This document shows positions 53,000 to 64,000 of a DNA stretch of 64,000 nt, piece after piece. A program made the position numbers and the translations under genes. Location of the stretch: IMG/VR virus record IMGVR_UViG_3300037089_000135; one strand, given 5' to 3'. This DNA comes from an uncultured virus (IMG/VR IMGVR_UViG_3300037089_000135) (lineage: Duplodnaviria > Heunggongvirae > Uroviricota > Caudoviricetes). The notes beneath the pieces were generated by a model that did no database searches, had not been told where the DNA came from, and saw nothing but the letters and a program-made list of their open reading frames with translations. The stretch's first letter is position 1. Every line of letters begins with the position of its first letter.

Positions 53000-54217
53000 C
53001 CAAAATAATTTAAGTAGGGATACACAACCCTACTAAACCCATAGCAACCTCCAGAGGAAATTCAGCACCAAATCCAGCTACAAAAGCTTCATCAAATTCT
53101 TTATCTTCATCCGATGTAGTTCGTCTAGCTCCAATATAAGCCCGGTGATCGCGTCCGTTGTCTACAATAACTATACAGGTACTCATTGCGTCCGATGCAT
53201 AAAATATACTTCCTAAAATTTTAGCCATTTAGATCTTACCTCTTGCGATTTCCTGATGGTCTGCAATAGTTTCAAATCGTTCATATTCTTTTTCCGATAC
53301 TGTGATATGATATTCAACTATTCCATTGTACTTATAGTTGTCGTATGAAGCTCTAGCATTCTGATCTTTCAGGCCCCGGATCACCTTATGAGTAAGCCCG
53401 GTCTTACTAACTATAACCATCAAAGGTTCATCACTCATATCATCGTTCTTGTATACGATTAAAGCCATTAAAGCTTGTGAGTCATTCATTTTACATCACC
53501 ATCATTTAAGAGTTACAAAGACTGTAGGCTTATATACTTCTTCTGCGCTCCAGGAGTCTTTATCCCATTCTATATCACCAACAATATAAATATTACCATC
53601 AATCTTTATAATGTCTCCTCTACCCGGTACTGCGCTAAAGTTCAATTGATTGTACCGTCTAGCACCTTCTTTAAGATCATACATGATATATACTGTGATA
53701 ATCATTTATATTCCTCCAGTCAAATATTCTATTGCTAATGCCAGATAGAATAAATCTATTCCAATACCTATACCTCGCGCTAACCTATCTTTGGTAGTTA
53801 ACATAATAAAATTAGATAACACAAATAGTGTTACTAACAATATTAAGTTAGATATAATTTTTAATGTGATTAAATACATAATGGTTGTTTCACCCCATCT
53901 ATACAGTAAGGAGTTAACCATCTTTCAATCCGGCCCGCGCGAGGCCCATTCAGAATCTCGATATCAATCGCCGGTACTCCCCGGAATTTTGATAGTTCTA
54001 TGATCTTAGCTCTGCCTCTGCTCTTTGATCCATAATCCTTAGTTATATCTTTATCAAATTTATCTTTCATCTTTAGCACCTACAAGCTTATCCAGGTCTA
54101 CAGTCGCGAGTATCTTAGCACTTCCATGCTTTAGGACCAAAGCATCTACTTCATCCATACTTTTAGCATATTCTATAGTGCAATCAGGCAATATAACTTT
54201 ATAAGCTTTTCGCATTT

Positions 54218-54805
54218 CTAATCACCTTTTAATATAGCACAACATGTTAAAACCTTGTCCAAAGATTTCTCATATTTCTTCCATTTATATAAAGATTTAG
54301 ACGAATCTGTAATACTTAAACAAACCAAATGATTTATCACATCTCCAGGGATTAACCACACATGCAACGGGTTCAAATTTTCGCGATCGTCAAACGCGAT
54401 ACATAAAAAATAATCGCATTTATCATTTTTATTAATTTCAAATCCCCAAAGTATCGTTCGTGAATCTTGCCTTAAGCAACTGCTCTTGCAGTCAATCCTC
54501 TTTTTCTTTCCACAAATAAAATCCCATCCGGGGTTATTCATAGGGGCCTTTTCAACGTGCTCAAATAGACCTGCTAATACTTCTTCAGCTACATGAATTC
54601 CTAAGAATGAAGAACACCCACGATTTTTATTCATAGGATGAGATTTTCCTGTTTTATACATCCAATCACGATTGCATATAGTATTACATTTTTTACAATA
54701 TGCCATAGGTTGTCCTTTTTGCTTGCCTGAATTTCGTATGTAAAATTCAGATAGATCCTTATCCTCTCCACATTTAGAACATATTTTAGTTTCCATTTTA
54801 ATCAT
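54218..54805 (-). mobile_element. Zn-finger + PD-(D/E)XK-like endonuclease (family B)
   Basis: CSKC...YCKKC; NNPGWDFICGKKKRIDCKSS...HVWLIPG. Confidence 0.7.
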
Positions 54806-55630
54806 TTATTCCCACGGCATAACCGGCTCAGGTTCATATATCTCATCACCGTTTGCAGCGTCGATAGTGCAAGAGTACACCGGAGGGTCCGCTTTCATGT
54901 CCAGGATGCAATTACCGCACGCAGCACAATCATCAAATCCCTCATCTTGATAAGGGCATTTCTCAGTTGGTTTCATACTATTAACGTTTGCCATAGATCA
55001 TACTAAGGCTCTAATGCTATATCAATCTTTCGAGCTGTATCTTCAGGGTAATCTACAAGGTCCTCCATACAGGTCTTACAGAACCTCGGCTTAATTTCAT
55101 CCGGGTGATATTGTATAAGCTTGTCACATACTTCGCAGTATGTCTCCTTAAAGGTAACGGTTTTGGTTATGATATAGGTTATGTGATCTTCAACCAAAGT
55201 ATTACCACAGATACATTCCTTGAGTCTTCTATCCAGGGTTCCTTCAAAGCCGCAATATGGGCATTCATAATATCTATCAGCCATTTTAATATCACCATCA
55301 CGGCAAAACGCTTCCTATTACTACTATTCCAGCGCCTACCCATAATCCTTTTATTAATATATCGATAGTTCCATTAGGTACTTTAAACGGAATAGTAATA
55401 AACATTAGTCCCACGGAACAAACTACGATAATTACACCGATATTTGAAATAATTCCCATTCACATCACCAACAGCAACACGATCACAAGCATAACAAGTG
55501 AAACTAATAACACAAGCGCAACGCAGCATCCAAACAAGAATATGTATTCATTCTTTGTAATAATAACTACAATTCACCATATAAAATACAAAAATGCAAA
55601 TTCATCTACGATAAAAAGAAATTGATCCAT

Positions 55631-56566
55631 TTATGCAGCCTCCTTGATAGCTGAAATGAGTTTTGGCCGGTTAATCGCGGCCATCCCCCCATCCGGGTGA
55701 ATCCATTTGATCTTTCCGGAGACGTTCAAGGTTTCCGGCACATTATATACCTGTTCTTTGTGCTCATCGAACTTGATGTTTAATGTCTTCGCGATCTGAG
55801 TTCCGTTGGCGATCTTTACCAAGTAGTCTACATTCTGAGCATCGCGAACTGTTAATTTTACTGCCATGCCGTATGCGCTGAAGGCCAGCTTGGATTTTAC
55901 TACTCTTCCGGATATCGTTACTTTAGCATCCATCACCAGAGGGAATTCCCGGTTTCGGGTCATATCCAGCTCTGCAATCAACTTTTGAGTTTGAGATAAT
56001 GAACCCTTGGTCATTACCTGATTAAGTATCGAGTCGTAGAACTCCGATTTAGGAGCCTGGGACTGTATATAGGTGAACAACTCTTTATTTACTTCAGCCC
56101 AATCCTTCGCGTGAACCTTGCACTCGCGCTCGAATTCTTCCTCAGCTTCTTCATGCATCCGGGCCTTCATCTCGGACTTAAGCCTCGCGAAGTTGACACC
56201 TACAACGTATTCGACGCACTCTATTCCAAACACAAGCTCCTTATTCAACGTTCTGTCCAGGATAACGGCCCAATATGCCGTTAACGATTTACCGCACCTG
56301 GAGCAAACCTGTATCTCCTCCAGGCCATCCGGAACATTTGATACCCGGCATTCCTGGACCATTATGAACCTCGGCATACCATCAGCGAGTATCTCGCGAG
56401 CTGGCAAATGATTCTTTTCGAAGTGCTGCAACGCATGATACTTGGAAATGAATTCCCGATCACATACTTTACAATTCCAATAGTACCCGGTATAGGTGCT
56501 AACTGTTCCATCGCCGTTGGATTCTAACTTTCCAGGGCATTCCCGGCCACGATAGACTTTTGCCAT
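55631..56566 (-). CDS. Zinc-finger protein with possible C-terminal OB-fold
   Basis: C2H2-like CKVC...H...H, then CSRCG...G.EC, and a beta-rich C-terminus; has its own upstream TATA-like sequence. Confidence 0.55.
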   Translation of the reverse strand: MAKVYRGRECPGKLESNGDGTVSTYTGYYWNCKVCDREFISKYHALQHFEKNHLPAREILADGMPRFIMVQECRVSNVPDGLEEIQVCSRCGKSLTAYWAVILDRTLNKELVFGIECVEYVVGVNFARLKSEMKARMHEEAEEEFERECKVHAKDWAEVNKELFTYIQSQAPKSEFYDSILNQVMTKGSLSQTQKLIAELDMTRNREFPLVMDAKVTISGRVVKSKLAFSAYGMAVKLTVRDAQNVDYLVKIANGTQIAKTLNIKFDEHKEQVYNVPETLNVSGKIKWIHPDGGMAAINRPKLISAIKEAA

Positions 56567-57761
56567 AGATACTACTATACATGCTGAGGATATAAGGTTA
56601 TCTAATCAAATCCAAATACGGTCCTTATAGCATTTATTACAACTATCCAAAAAATTACAAATAATATAATATTAAATATATCCATTCATATCACCACTAA
56701 TCACATGATTTATCTAATCCCCATAAAACAAATATTACAATAATTAAAGCACATAAATATTCTATCATTCATACCTTCAGCCTGATCCGGGCTTCGTCTC
56801 CTTCTTTCATAACCCGGACATTATCTTCTTCCAGCTCGATTAAGTGCATCTCCAGGTCCTCAATTATGATATCACGATCGACCTGCATCCATCCTATATG
56901 CTCCATTATTTCGTCCCGGCCAATATAGTCGCATTGATCAAGGGACCTTACCAAATATGGTAAATATGTAACCATCGCCTCATTCAGTTTATTGATAACC
57001 AATGGGTGATTAGCGCACGTTTTGGGATATTCTTGATCGTACATCAGGCCATCGTGAGCTTCGAATATGATCCAGGGAGTAGCCGCTTCAATCATAGCTA
57101 TCATATAGGCACCACAATTCTGGCATCTTATTCTATCAATTCTGTATAAGCTGGAGATAATAAATTCTTCTCCAGATACAGTTTTACACGTTCCGCATTC
57201 CTGGCAGAACATCACCATGTCAAGTTTGCCGCTCATCTTAATACCACCATTTCCATATAGGATATGTAATATACGTCAACACGGATAATACAAACACCGA
57301 AAATAAATAATCCATTTTAATCATCTCTGTTTCTATTGTCAACGATTTCTGCAATTTCAACTTTCGATATACCATAGATTTCCGATATAGCATCCATTTA
57401 GATAGCCTCCAGGTCCTCTTGGAAGAGGAAATACCCTTTACCCCCGCGAGGCCCTACCCGGCCATAACACAAGGTTACACCGAAGGGTAATACCCCTTTA
57501 ATTCGATCCACAAGGTTTGCGATGGATACCCGGACATGCTTCCCATAGATTCCGGTGTTAGGATCTACTGATTCAAGTATCCATCCGAAACTTATAAGAT
57601 CAAGTGCAATAAATTGCTGAAATCTTCCTTTAGCTTCTCTGTATATCTCTAATCCTCCCTCATCCATAGGGATAGATATGCAGGGTTCACCAAAGGGTGT
57701 TTTTTTAATTGGATAGTAGTTCATATCTTGCACCTCACAGTTGCATTATATCTAATACTAT

Positions 57762-58541
57762 TTAAATCTTTCTCTTATCCGCCCCACGGTGCCGGTGCCG
57801 GGCCTTATACTCATCACATGAAATGCAAATCGGCCTACGTTGTCCTTTATTAGGCCCTTGCTTGTATACCGCGAACTTATTGAGATCTGTCTCCATGTGG
57901 CAATACTCGCAAACATCGGTATTACCATTTAGGGATTCCCTCAGCTCTTGTATCGCCTGATTCGTACTCTTAAATACCGGCCCTTTATTCTCATTATCTT
58001 TAACTGTTATAGTAACCGGCTTCGGTTCAAATTTCAAATCCGCCCGAGTATACAAATTTTCATCCTCATACGGATCTTCATAAGGAGCTTTGTCCTTCGG
58101 TACATACGATTTTTTCTTCTTTTTCTTCATACATTCTTTACAGTATGAAACCGGCTTTCCCTTAGATTTACCACTTTTATGCAGATAAAAACCATTTAGA
58201 TCTACATATGAGTGACAACCATTGCACCATTTCAAGCCTTCAAGATTATTATCTGCCTGTTTCTCTATAGGTGCATATGCTTCATGATTCATCCTTTTTA
58301 TGCAGTCTTTGCAATATGAGTATGGTTTCCCTTCCGATTTTCCGGACCTATACACATAAAAATCCTCTAATTCAACATGAGTTTTACACTTCGGGCACCA
58401 TTTTGTGTTCTGAATACACAATCCATCTGGATTTTCATCAGCTAATCCATTTATATCTGCTATCGGAAATCCTATCTTCATTTGTAAAGGATGAACTCTA
58501 TTTTTCGATATTACCCCCATCGGAATACTTCGCCCTCTCAT
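57762..58541 (-). CDS. Protein with three CxxC...CxxC fingers of the family-B type and no nuclease motif
   Basis: WCPKC...FY...SGKS.GKP.SYCK.C occurs twice, plus CEYC...CISC. Confidence 0.65.
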   Translation of the reverse strand: MRGRSIPMGVISKNRVHPLQMKIGFPIADINGLADENPDGLCIQNTKWCPKCKTHVELEDFYVYRSGKSEGKPYSYCKDCIKRMNHEAYAPIEKQADNNLEGLKWCNGCHSYVDLNGFYLHKSGKSKGKPVSYCKECMKKKKKKSYVPKDKAPYEDPYEDENLYTRADLKFEPKPVTITVKDNENKGPVFKSTNQAIQELRESLNGNTDVCEYCHMETDLNKFAVYKQGPNKGQRRPICISCDEYKARHRHRGADKRKI

Positions 58542-59220
58542 GTTTCTATCCCTTTCATATATTTACGTAAATAATAATATCCTTCATGCCTACGTGTATA
58601 TTCACGTATTTTAAAACATATTTTACATATGCTCATTTTAGGTTTCCCATTCCTAAGATAGTATTCGCTATATGGTTTATTCTCATGACAATTGGTACAT
58701 ACTTTCGTTTCCATTTATATCACTTGTATTCTGTATACACCTTATACTATTTAAATCTTGCGTTAAATCCTCTCTCGTTTTTTCTACTTTTTTCATCTTT
58801 TACTTTTATAACCGATATCAGTGAACCTTTAAAAAGGGCCTTTTCGATATGAGGTGTCATTGTGTCATAGGGTGACGCTTCTACTCTATGTTTATAGTCT
58901 CCTTTAATTCTCTTCTCTATTAATACTTTTAATTAAGCCTAGAAACCTAGTATTATACGTCACCTTATGACAGCACAGTAACGGATTTTCCGGTATCTAT
59001 CGAACTTGCATATGTCCAAAATCCAACGATATTTACGGATTAGCACGGTCCTCGCAGCTATTGATTTGCTTCAATGAGGCTCCAATGACATGTCATCCGT
59101 CGATAAAAACCGGCCCCTGATTCGTAAAAGGCCGGTCAAAACCTCTTGAGGTAATACATTAATGGTATACCTTCAATCCCACTTTAATTTTGGCCTAAAA
59201 TGAAATGGGCCTCTCGTCGC

Positions 59221-59385
59221 CGATTCATGAATTCGTCGAAGAGAATTATTTTTTATCGCTATCAGTGAAATTCACAATGTCTCTCGTATGCACTTCATGA
59301 ATTCCGCGAAGAGAAGTGGGATTAGCCGCTATCAGTGGACCTTGTATAGTCACCTATCATCGATTCATGAATTTGGCGAAGAGAA
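59221..59385. repeat. Three degenerate direct repeats at an exact 70-bp period (TTCATGAATT-N3-CGAAGAGAA); candidate origin or packaging site
   Basis: Core starts at 59224, 59294 and 59364; CGCTATCAGTG is shared by units 1 and 2; lies in the longest ORF-poor region. Confidence 0.75.
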
Positions 59386-61299
59386 AAATAAGTGGGATTC
59401 CAATCACACTTTGATCTGAGTAGGTCCGGCAATTATTAGGTACTCATCTTCACTAATCTCTTGGAAGCTAAGTACTTTGAAACCTAAGTCAGAATTCTTT
59501 TCTGCCTCTAATGGATGTCCATGTTTCATAGTCATCCTAGTTATTTCGCCAGTCTTTTCTATCATAACCATAGCTAGATAATACCGGCCTTGATACTTTC
59601 CAGATCCTTTCATCTCAAAATTCCGTTCCATATACCTCACCATATCCTCACCACTGGCTTATCCCCGGCTTCATGCTCTAATTATACCCCTGGTGCATCC
59701 CCACCTTCTATGGGCCGTACAAAAAATAATATTCGTATTTAATTGGTTTTCTTTTTATTTATTAACTCATATTCCGGAGTAGTTTCATCGAATATTCTAA
59801 CCTCAGCATTTACCCGGACTCCATTGATACTGAATTCCTCCCTATTGAGCATATCTGCATCTATACTGGCTTCTACATACCGGGTAAAGAATGATAACGT
59901 TCCATCCTTACTTGCATCCATATACCGCTTGTATTTTTCATACATCGGCACCGGATCATATTTGGCAATAAGATTGCCAATTGCAGCTTTAAATGTGAAT
60001 ACATTCAGAGTTGCCTTTAAGTTCTGTACCACTATCATACCGTCCGAGTCATACTTCATGAATCCTATCTGTATTCCACTTCGTTTGATAGTTAACAATA
60101 TGCCTACAACCGCAGCCATTTAGATATCACTCCAGTCCAACTTAGGATTTTCCTTTATCATTTGCTTCCGGCTTTCATCCAGGGCCGTTATCCAGCTTAC
60201 GGAATTTCCACAAGCCGCCCGGATATAATGGGCATGTGCTACAAGTAAGTTCTGTTGCAGGCCCCTAATCGTCTTATCCTTCTCATCATGAAGGTTCTGT
60301 AGATCCGTGATGTACTCAATGAACCCGGCTATCCTCTCATCCTGCTCCTCGATATGGGTTACAAGCACATCTATATCAGATCCTTGATAATGCCTTGCAT
60401 ATGCGCGAAGTCGATTTAACTCTTCATGTATCATTTATTCCGCCTCGAATACAGTGGTTTGCACGTTAACTATCTGCCTTTCCATCAATACATGATCCTT
60501 CTTTAATTCCTCTAACCAATATTGCCGGGCTTCCTTCTCTTGAAATCCTGTAAATACTTTCGTTGTCACTTCTTCTTTTCCCCGAGTCACCTGATCGACA
60601 CAAGTGATATGGATCATCGAGGTATCCCCGGAATACGTCAATCCCATCTTGCTAACCATTTACTTTAACCTCCTCAATTTCACAATACTTTAAAACCGGA
60701 TACCGGCTAGTTAGCGCCTTTATAGCCTCTTGCTTCGTATTACCGGCCTCATTACAATATTCCATATACTTTATCCGGGCATCCCACTGGTTAATCCGGC
60801 CCCGCTTTTTACAAACCACTATGCATAAATTAATCATATACTAAATCAAATACTCTTGACTCTAATAGGGCATTTCTCTTTTTCGCATAACTCTTCGGTG
60901 ATCTGACAGGAAACACTTGCACCCGGATAATATACAAACCTGCATATATCATTAGGTTCATCCTCGTAATGAACTATCCAGGTTCCGATCGGATAAGTCA
61001 CATTTACCATTAAGATTTCCCCGCTTCCGGAAACAAGTCCGGGTACATTTGAGCCATTTGATATCTAGCACAATATTCGCAGTGTCCCGGAATAGATGTG
61101 CATGTTTCGCATATCTCATCGTGTGCCATAAAGGGTACTAATGCACCCATCATATAAAAAAGTGTCGGTGGATTAATCCCGACATAAATCCCGTCAATAA
61201 TCCCGCCAACTGTCGGGACTCCATTTTACCGCCCGGTTTTCGGTTTCGATCCCGTCATACTCATATCCTGACCGGAGCGCAGCGGAGGGGGTTTTTAGT

Positions 61300-61770
61300 T
61301 TATTGAGGATTATAATAATCCCTAAAATCCTCTCTTACCTGCATGAGAAGCTTTCCTAGCATGTTTGCAGATCCGGGCAAATATCCGCCCCAAAACATAT
61401 CAACTGGACTCTTCTCGTTTAATATAGCATCTCCGGTTTCGATTAACTGATTCCGTAAGTCCCGGCTTTCATTATCTCTGCCTCCGAACTTTGCCTTCAG
61501 TCCTCGATACATTACTTCAACTTTGATTACATTCCAGTCCGGCCTAACTTCATGAAGTCTCAGATTCCTACCTGCCTTCATAGCGGCGTAAGCTGTTGGA
61601 GCCCTGGCAATCCAATCTTGCATTTTGTAATCACTTGATTTTCTACTCTGATAATAATGCTCATTGGTATCGTATTTATTTCCTAATAGGATTTGCTCAT
61701 GTCTCCAAAAATTAGATAGAAACCCATAACGTTCCTCCCTAATGTAAAACTCGATAACTCTTGGTACCAT
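61300..61770 (-). CDS. NADAR (YbiA-like) domain protein
   Basis: FLSNF, TNEHYYQ..K, GR...R.DW...K..VM...L.AKF, L..TG...L.E.SP.D.FWG...G.N.LGKLLM.VR. Confidence 0.93.
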   Translation of the reverse strand: MVPRVIEFYIREERYGFLSNFWRHEQILLGNKYDTNEHYYQSRKSSDYKMQDWIARAPTAYAAMKAGRNLRLHEVRPDWNVIKVEVMYRGLKAKFGGRDNESRDLRNQLIETGDAILNEKSPVDMFWGGYLPGSANMLGKLLMQVREDFRDYYNPQ

Positions 61771-62899
61771 TCATTTCATCCTCATGTTCATAGCTTTTCC
61801 AGTTAATATAGTATGACAACAAATTGCGTGATTAAATGCTGCTTGATCATTCTTTATCTGCTCAGCAATACCCTCCAGGGCATTAACTAGATTTTCAAAG
61901 TTCTTACTCAGCATACAAGAATATTCAAGGGAATCGAACGGAAAATATTCACGTATTGTTTGATGACTTTCACGATTGTATATATACCAAAACCTATATC
62001 CATCATCATATATTCTAACTTCTATATAATGTATATAATGATATTCTGAAGTATACCCTTCATCTACTTTGTCTTCTTCCAGGAATACAACTCTATATGA
62101 ATCTTTATGCCATCCTTGTTTATTAAGATCAACCATAGATTCAAGTTTTTTCCTGAATGCCATTTCGACCGGCCCATAGACCGGAAGCTTCCCCTTTTTA
62201 GGAGTGTTCCAAAATGCCATATTTATCACATCCTTTACATTTATATCCATATATATATGATACATGATACTTAGTTAATGTATTACTGTTATATACTCGA
62301 TATATATATTTCTCCGGACTAGATGCACTAATTAAAATATACTTTTGAGAATGTATCTCCTGATATCTTTCGTTAATGCATATAATGAGGAGAATTAAAC
62401 ATATTAATATTATAAACTAATGTTTAATATTTAATACATACCTCATTTATATCGCCCTTATTTCCATATCTATATGTACCGTGAATGCTGGAGGGTTACA
62501 TTCATCACCATGATCAATTTCGACTTCCATATATTCCCTTTTCACTCCAGTTACACCTAACTCTTCTTTAATATAGTTCTTAATTGCGACTACAACTTCC
62601 GCTTCAGTTAACACTATTTCCATTTATATCTCCACCGCTATCGTTTCCATGATAGTTATCATCATTGATATGCTGCTCGACAGCGGTTATAAATGTGCCA
62701 GTCATCTCCAGATCGAACGTAGACTGGACAGAATGCTCAAGGATAAGGGCAAATACTAAGAAATCATCATATGTAAAAGGTTCTCCCTCAGCACCTTTCG
62801 TAAACCACTCATGCCATTTATCCGGGTTCTTCAGCACCTCTTCTCTATGATCCCTTTCTACATCCATCGCAATCGTATGTACCTTAGCTGCTTGCATTT

Positions 62900-63193
62900 T
62901 TATCCTTCCTTTATTCTTATTTTCTTGGTTTCACTTTCATTAAACAACCACAAGCTCATTGAACTTGGTACTCTTAAATCGCTAGTATCATGCATCCTCG
63001 GATATATTCCGGGTACATTTCTATTTATATCCGGATACATTTGGGATACAGTTGCACCTTGGTATTTAAATGTTAACTTTGGATCTTCAAGGTTAGTTAC
63101 CACTATTGGCCGGGGTCCCTGAAATGTTTTAAACATCCGGATATCGCCTATTTTAAGAGTCATTTTACTACCTTCCGTATCTTTATTTCGCAC
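62900..63193 (-). CDS. Small paralog family C, member 1
   Basis: MTLKIGDIR...MYPD...YP...W..E. Confidence 0.6.
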   Translation of the reverse strand: MRNKDTEGSKMTLKIGDIRMFKTFQGPRPIVVTNLEDPKLTFKYQGATVSQMYPDINRNVPGIYPRMHDTSDLRVPSSMSLWLFNESETKKIRIKEG

Positions 63194-63456
63194 AATTTTG
63201 ATTCTGTTATCCAGAAATACATTCCTACTCTTGTATTTGGATAATTAGGATATTTTGGGTATGCAGCCGGATATGTGGTTTTTACAAATCTGAATGGAAT
63301 TTTTCTAGCTTTATCAGGATACATATCGTCCAGTATTGCAACCTGCATCATTCCCGGCCAATTTATATCGTCTTCTGGTCCCACTACTATGCATACCTTT
63401 TTTCTACGTTCATCACGAATATTCATGAATCGGATATCACCTGTTTTTAGAGTCAT
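63160..63456 (-). CDS. Small paralog family C, member 2
   Basis: MTLKTGDIR...VCIVVGPED...MYPD...NYPNTRVG..W.TE. Confidence 0.6.
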   Translation of the reverse strand: MTLKTGDIRFMNIRDERRKKVCIVVGPEDDINWPGMMQVAILDDMYPDKARKIPFRFVKTTYPAAYPKYPNYPNTRVGMYFWITESKLCEIKIRKVVK

Positions 63457-63572
63457 CTATATAACCTCGGAATTTTCGTCTCACTATGTCCAATATCGAA
63501 CACCTTTAATCCTATGTATCCCAATACAAATGCTAAGAATATTACCAATGCATATACTTCAAGTACTTCCAT

Positions 63573-63836
63573 TTATTTCACCTTCTTAATTGGCCTCAGC
63601 GTGTCTTCAGTAGCCCACAGATAGACTCCTAACTTCGTGTTTGGATAGTTCTTATCACCTGGATATTCTCCTGGCGTTCTTTGTCGTATATGCGGGAACA
63701 TGTTATATAGGGTAGCTACTTATGAAATCCTTATCTCTCGACCTATCTTCCGGCCCTACTATGATGCAAACTGACCCTTATACATACTATCATTCGAAAT
63801 ATGCATCATCATTATCGATCCAGCTTTAATTTCCAT
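63573..63836 (-). pseudogene. Small paralog family C, member 3, frameshifted
   Basis: MEIKAGSI... in one frame, VCIIVGPED in a shifted frame, then VATLYNMFP...NYPNTKLGVYLWATE back in the first frame. Confidence 0.6.
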
Positions 63837-64000
63837 GTATATCCCTTGAGGCCCTGCTCTCTACGAACTTCATATTTCCGTCTACATTTCTAACCATAAC
63901 GAATCTCCGGCCACCCATGCCGGTTTTCCTTTCTTTGACATGATCGCCTCTGATAGACATTATACGGTACCTCCAATATTAATTCCCAAAGCTTCTTCCA

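Noticed and set aside
59221..59385. Mini-CRISPR array (70-bp period)
   Set aside because: The repeats are degenerate with an internal variable triplet, and the would-be spacers share sequence (CGCTATCAGTG, AAGTGGGATT). This fits iterons better than repeat-spacer units.
473..63589. Numerous short plus-strand ORFs in the track
   Set aside because: They are antisense shadows of well-supported minus-strand genes, with no motifs or RBS. Only 15652..16134 is retained.
1..64000. Integrated provirus boundaries
   Set aside because: No integrase, att duplication of a tRNA 3' end, or host housekeeping operon was seen; the whole window looks viral.

Overview
The window is a 64-kb, AT-rich segment of a large tailed archaeal virus (Caudoviricetes-type). 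A methanogen host (Methanomicrobia-like) is inferred from the prefoldin-beta, archaeal-type ThyA and PolB, class III RNR, TATA-box promoters and GGAGG/GGTGA ribosome-binding sites. Essentially all real genes are on the minus strand. Reading right to left, the window holds many small early-type ORFs, a non-coding region with 70-bp-period repeats (about 58.6-59.4 kb), nucleotide and RNA metabolism genes (RNA ligase, nrdG, nrdD, 5'-nucleotidase, thyA), a tRNA/structured-RNA cluster, a PolB split in two by an HNH gene, terS-terL-portal, and a partial tail-fibre-like gene at the left edge. The most striking feature is a 12-kb array after the portal (1.6-13.8 kb). Seven otherwise unrelated proteins, including the MuF head protein, carry eight copies of a conserved tag, [ILV]xK-[FY]GTxxGxxx[AS]W[DN]xRGR. 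Each tag is followed by a different cargo domain (zincin peptidases, ADP-ribosyltransferases, HD hydrolase, ParB-like, glycosylase-like). This looks like a modular, recombination-shuffled system of head-packaged, protease-processed effectors. The window also has about 11 free-standing homing-endonuclease-like genes and a strong excess of CCGG. All functional calls come from motif recognition by eye; no searches were run.
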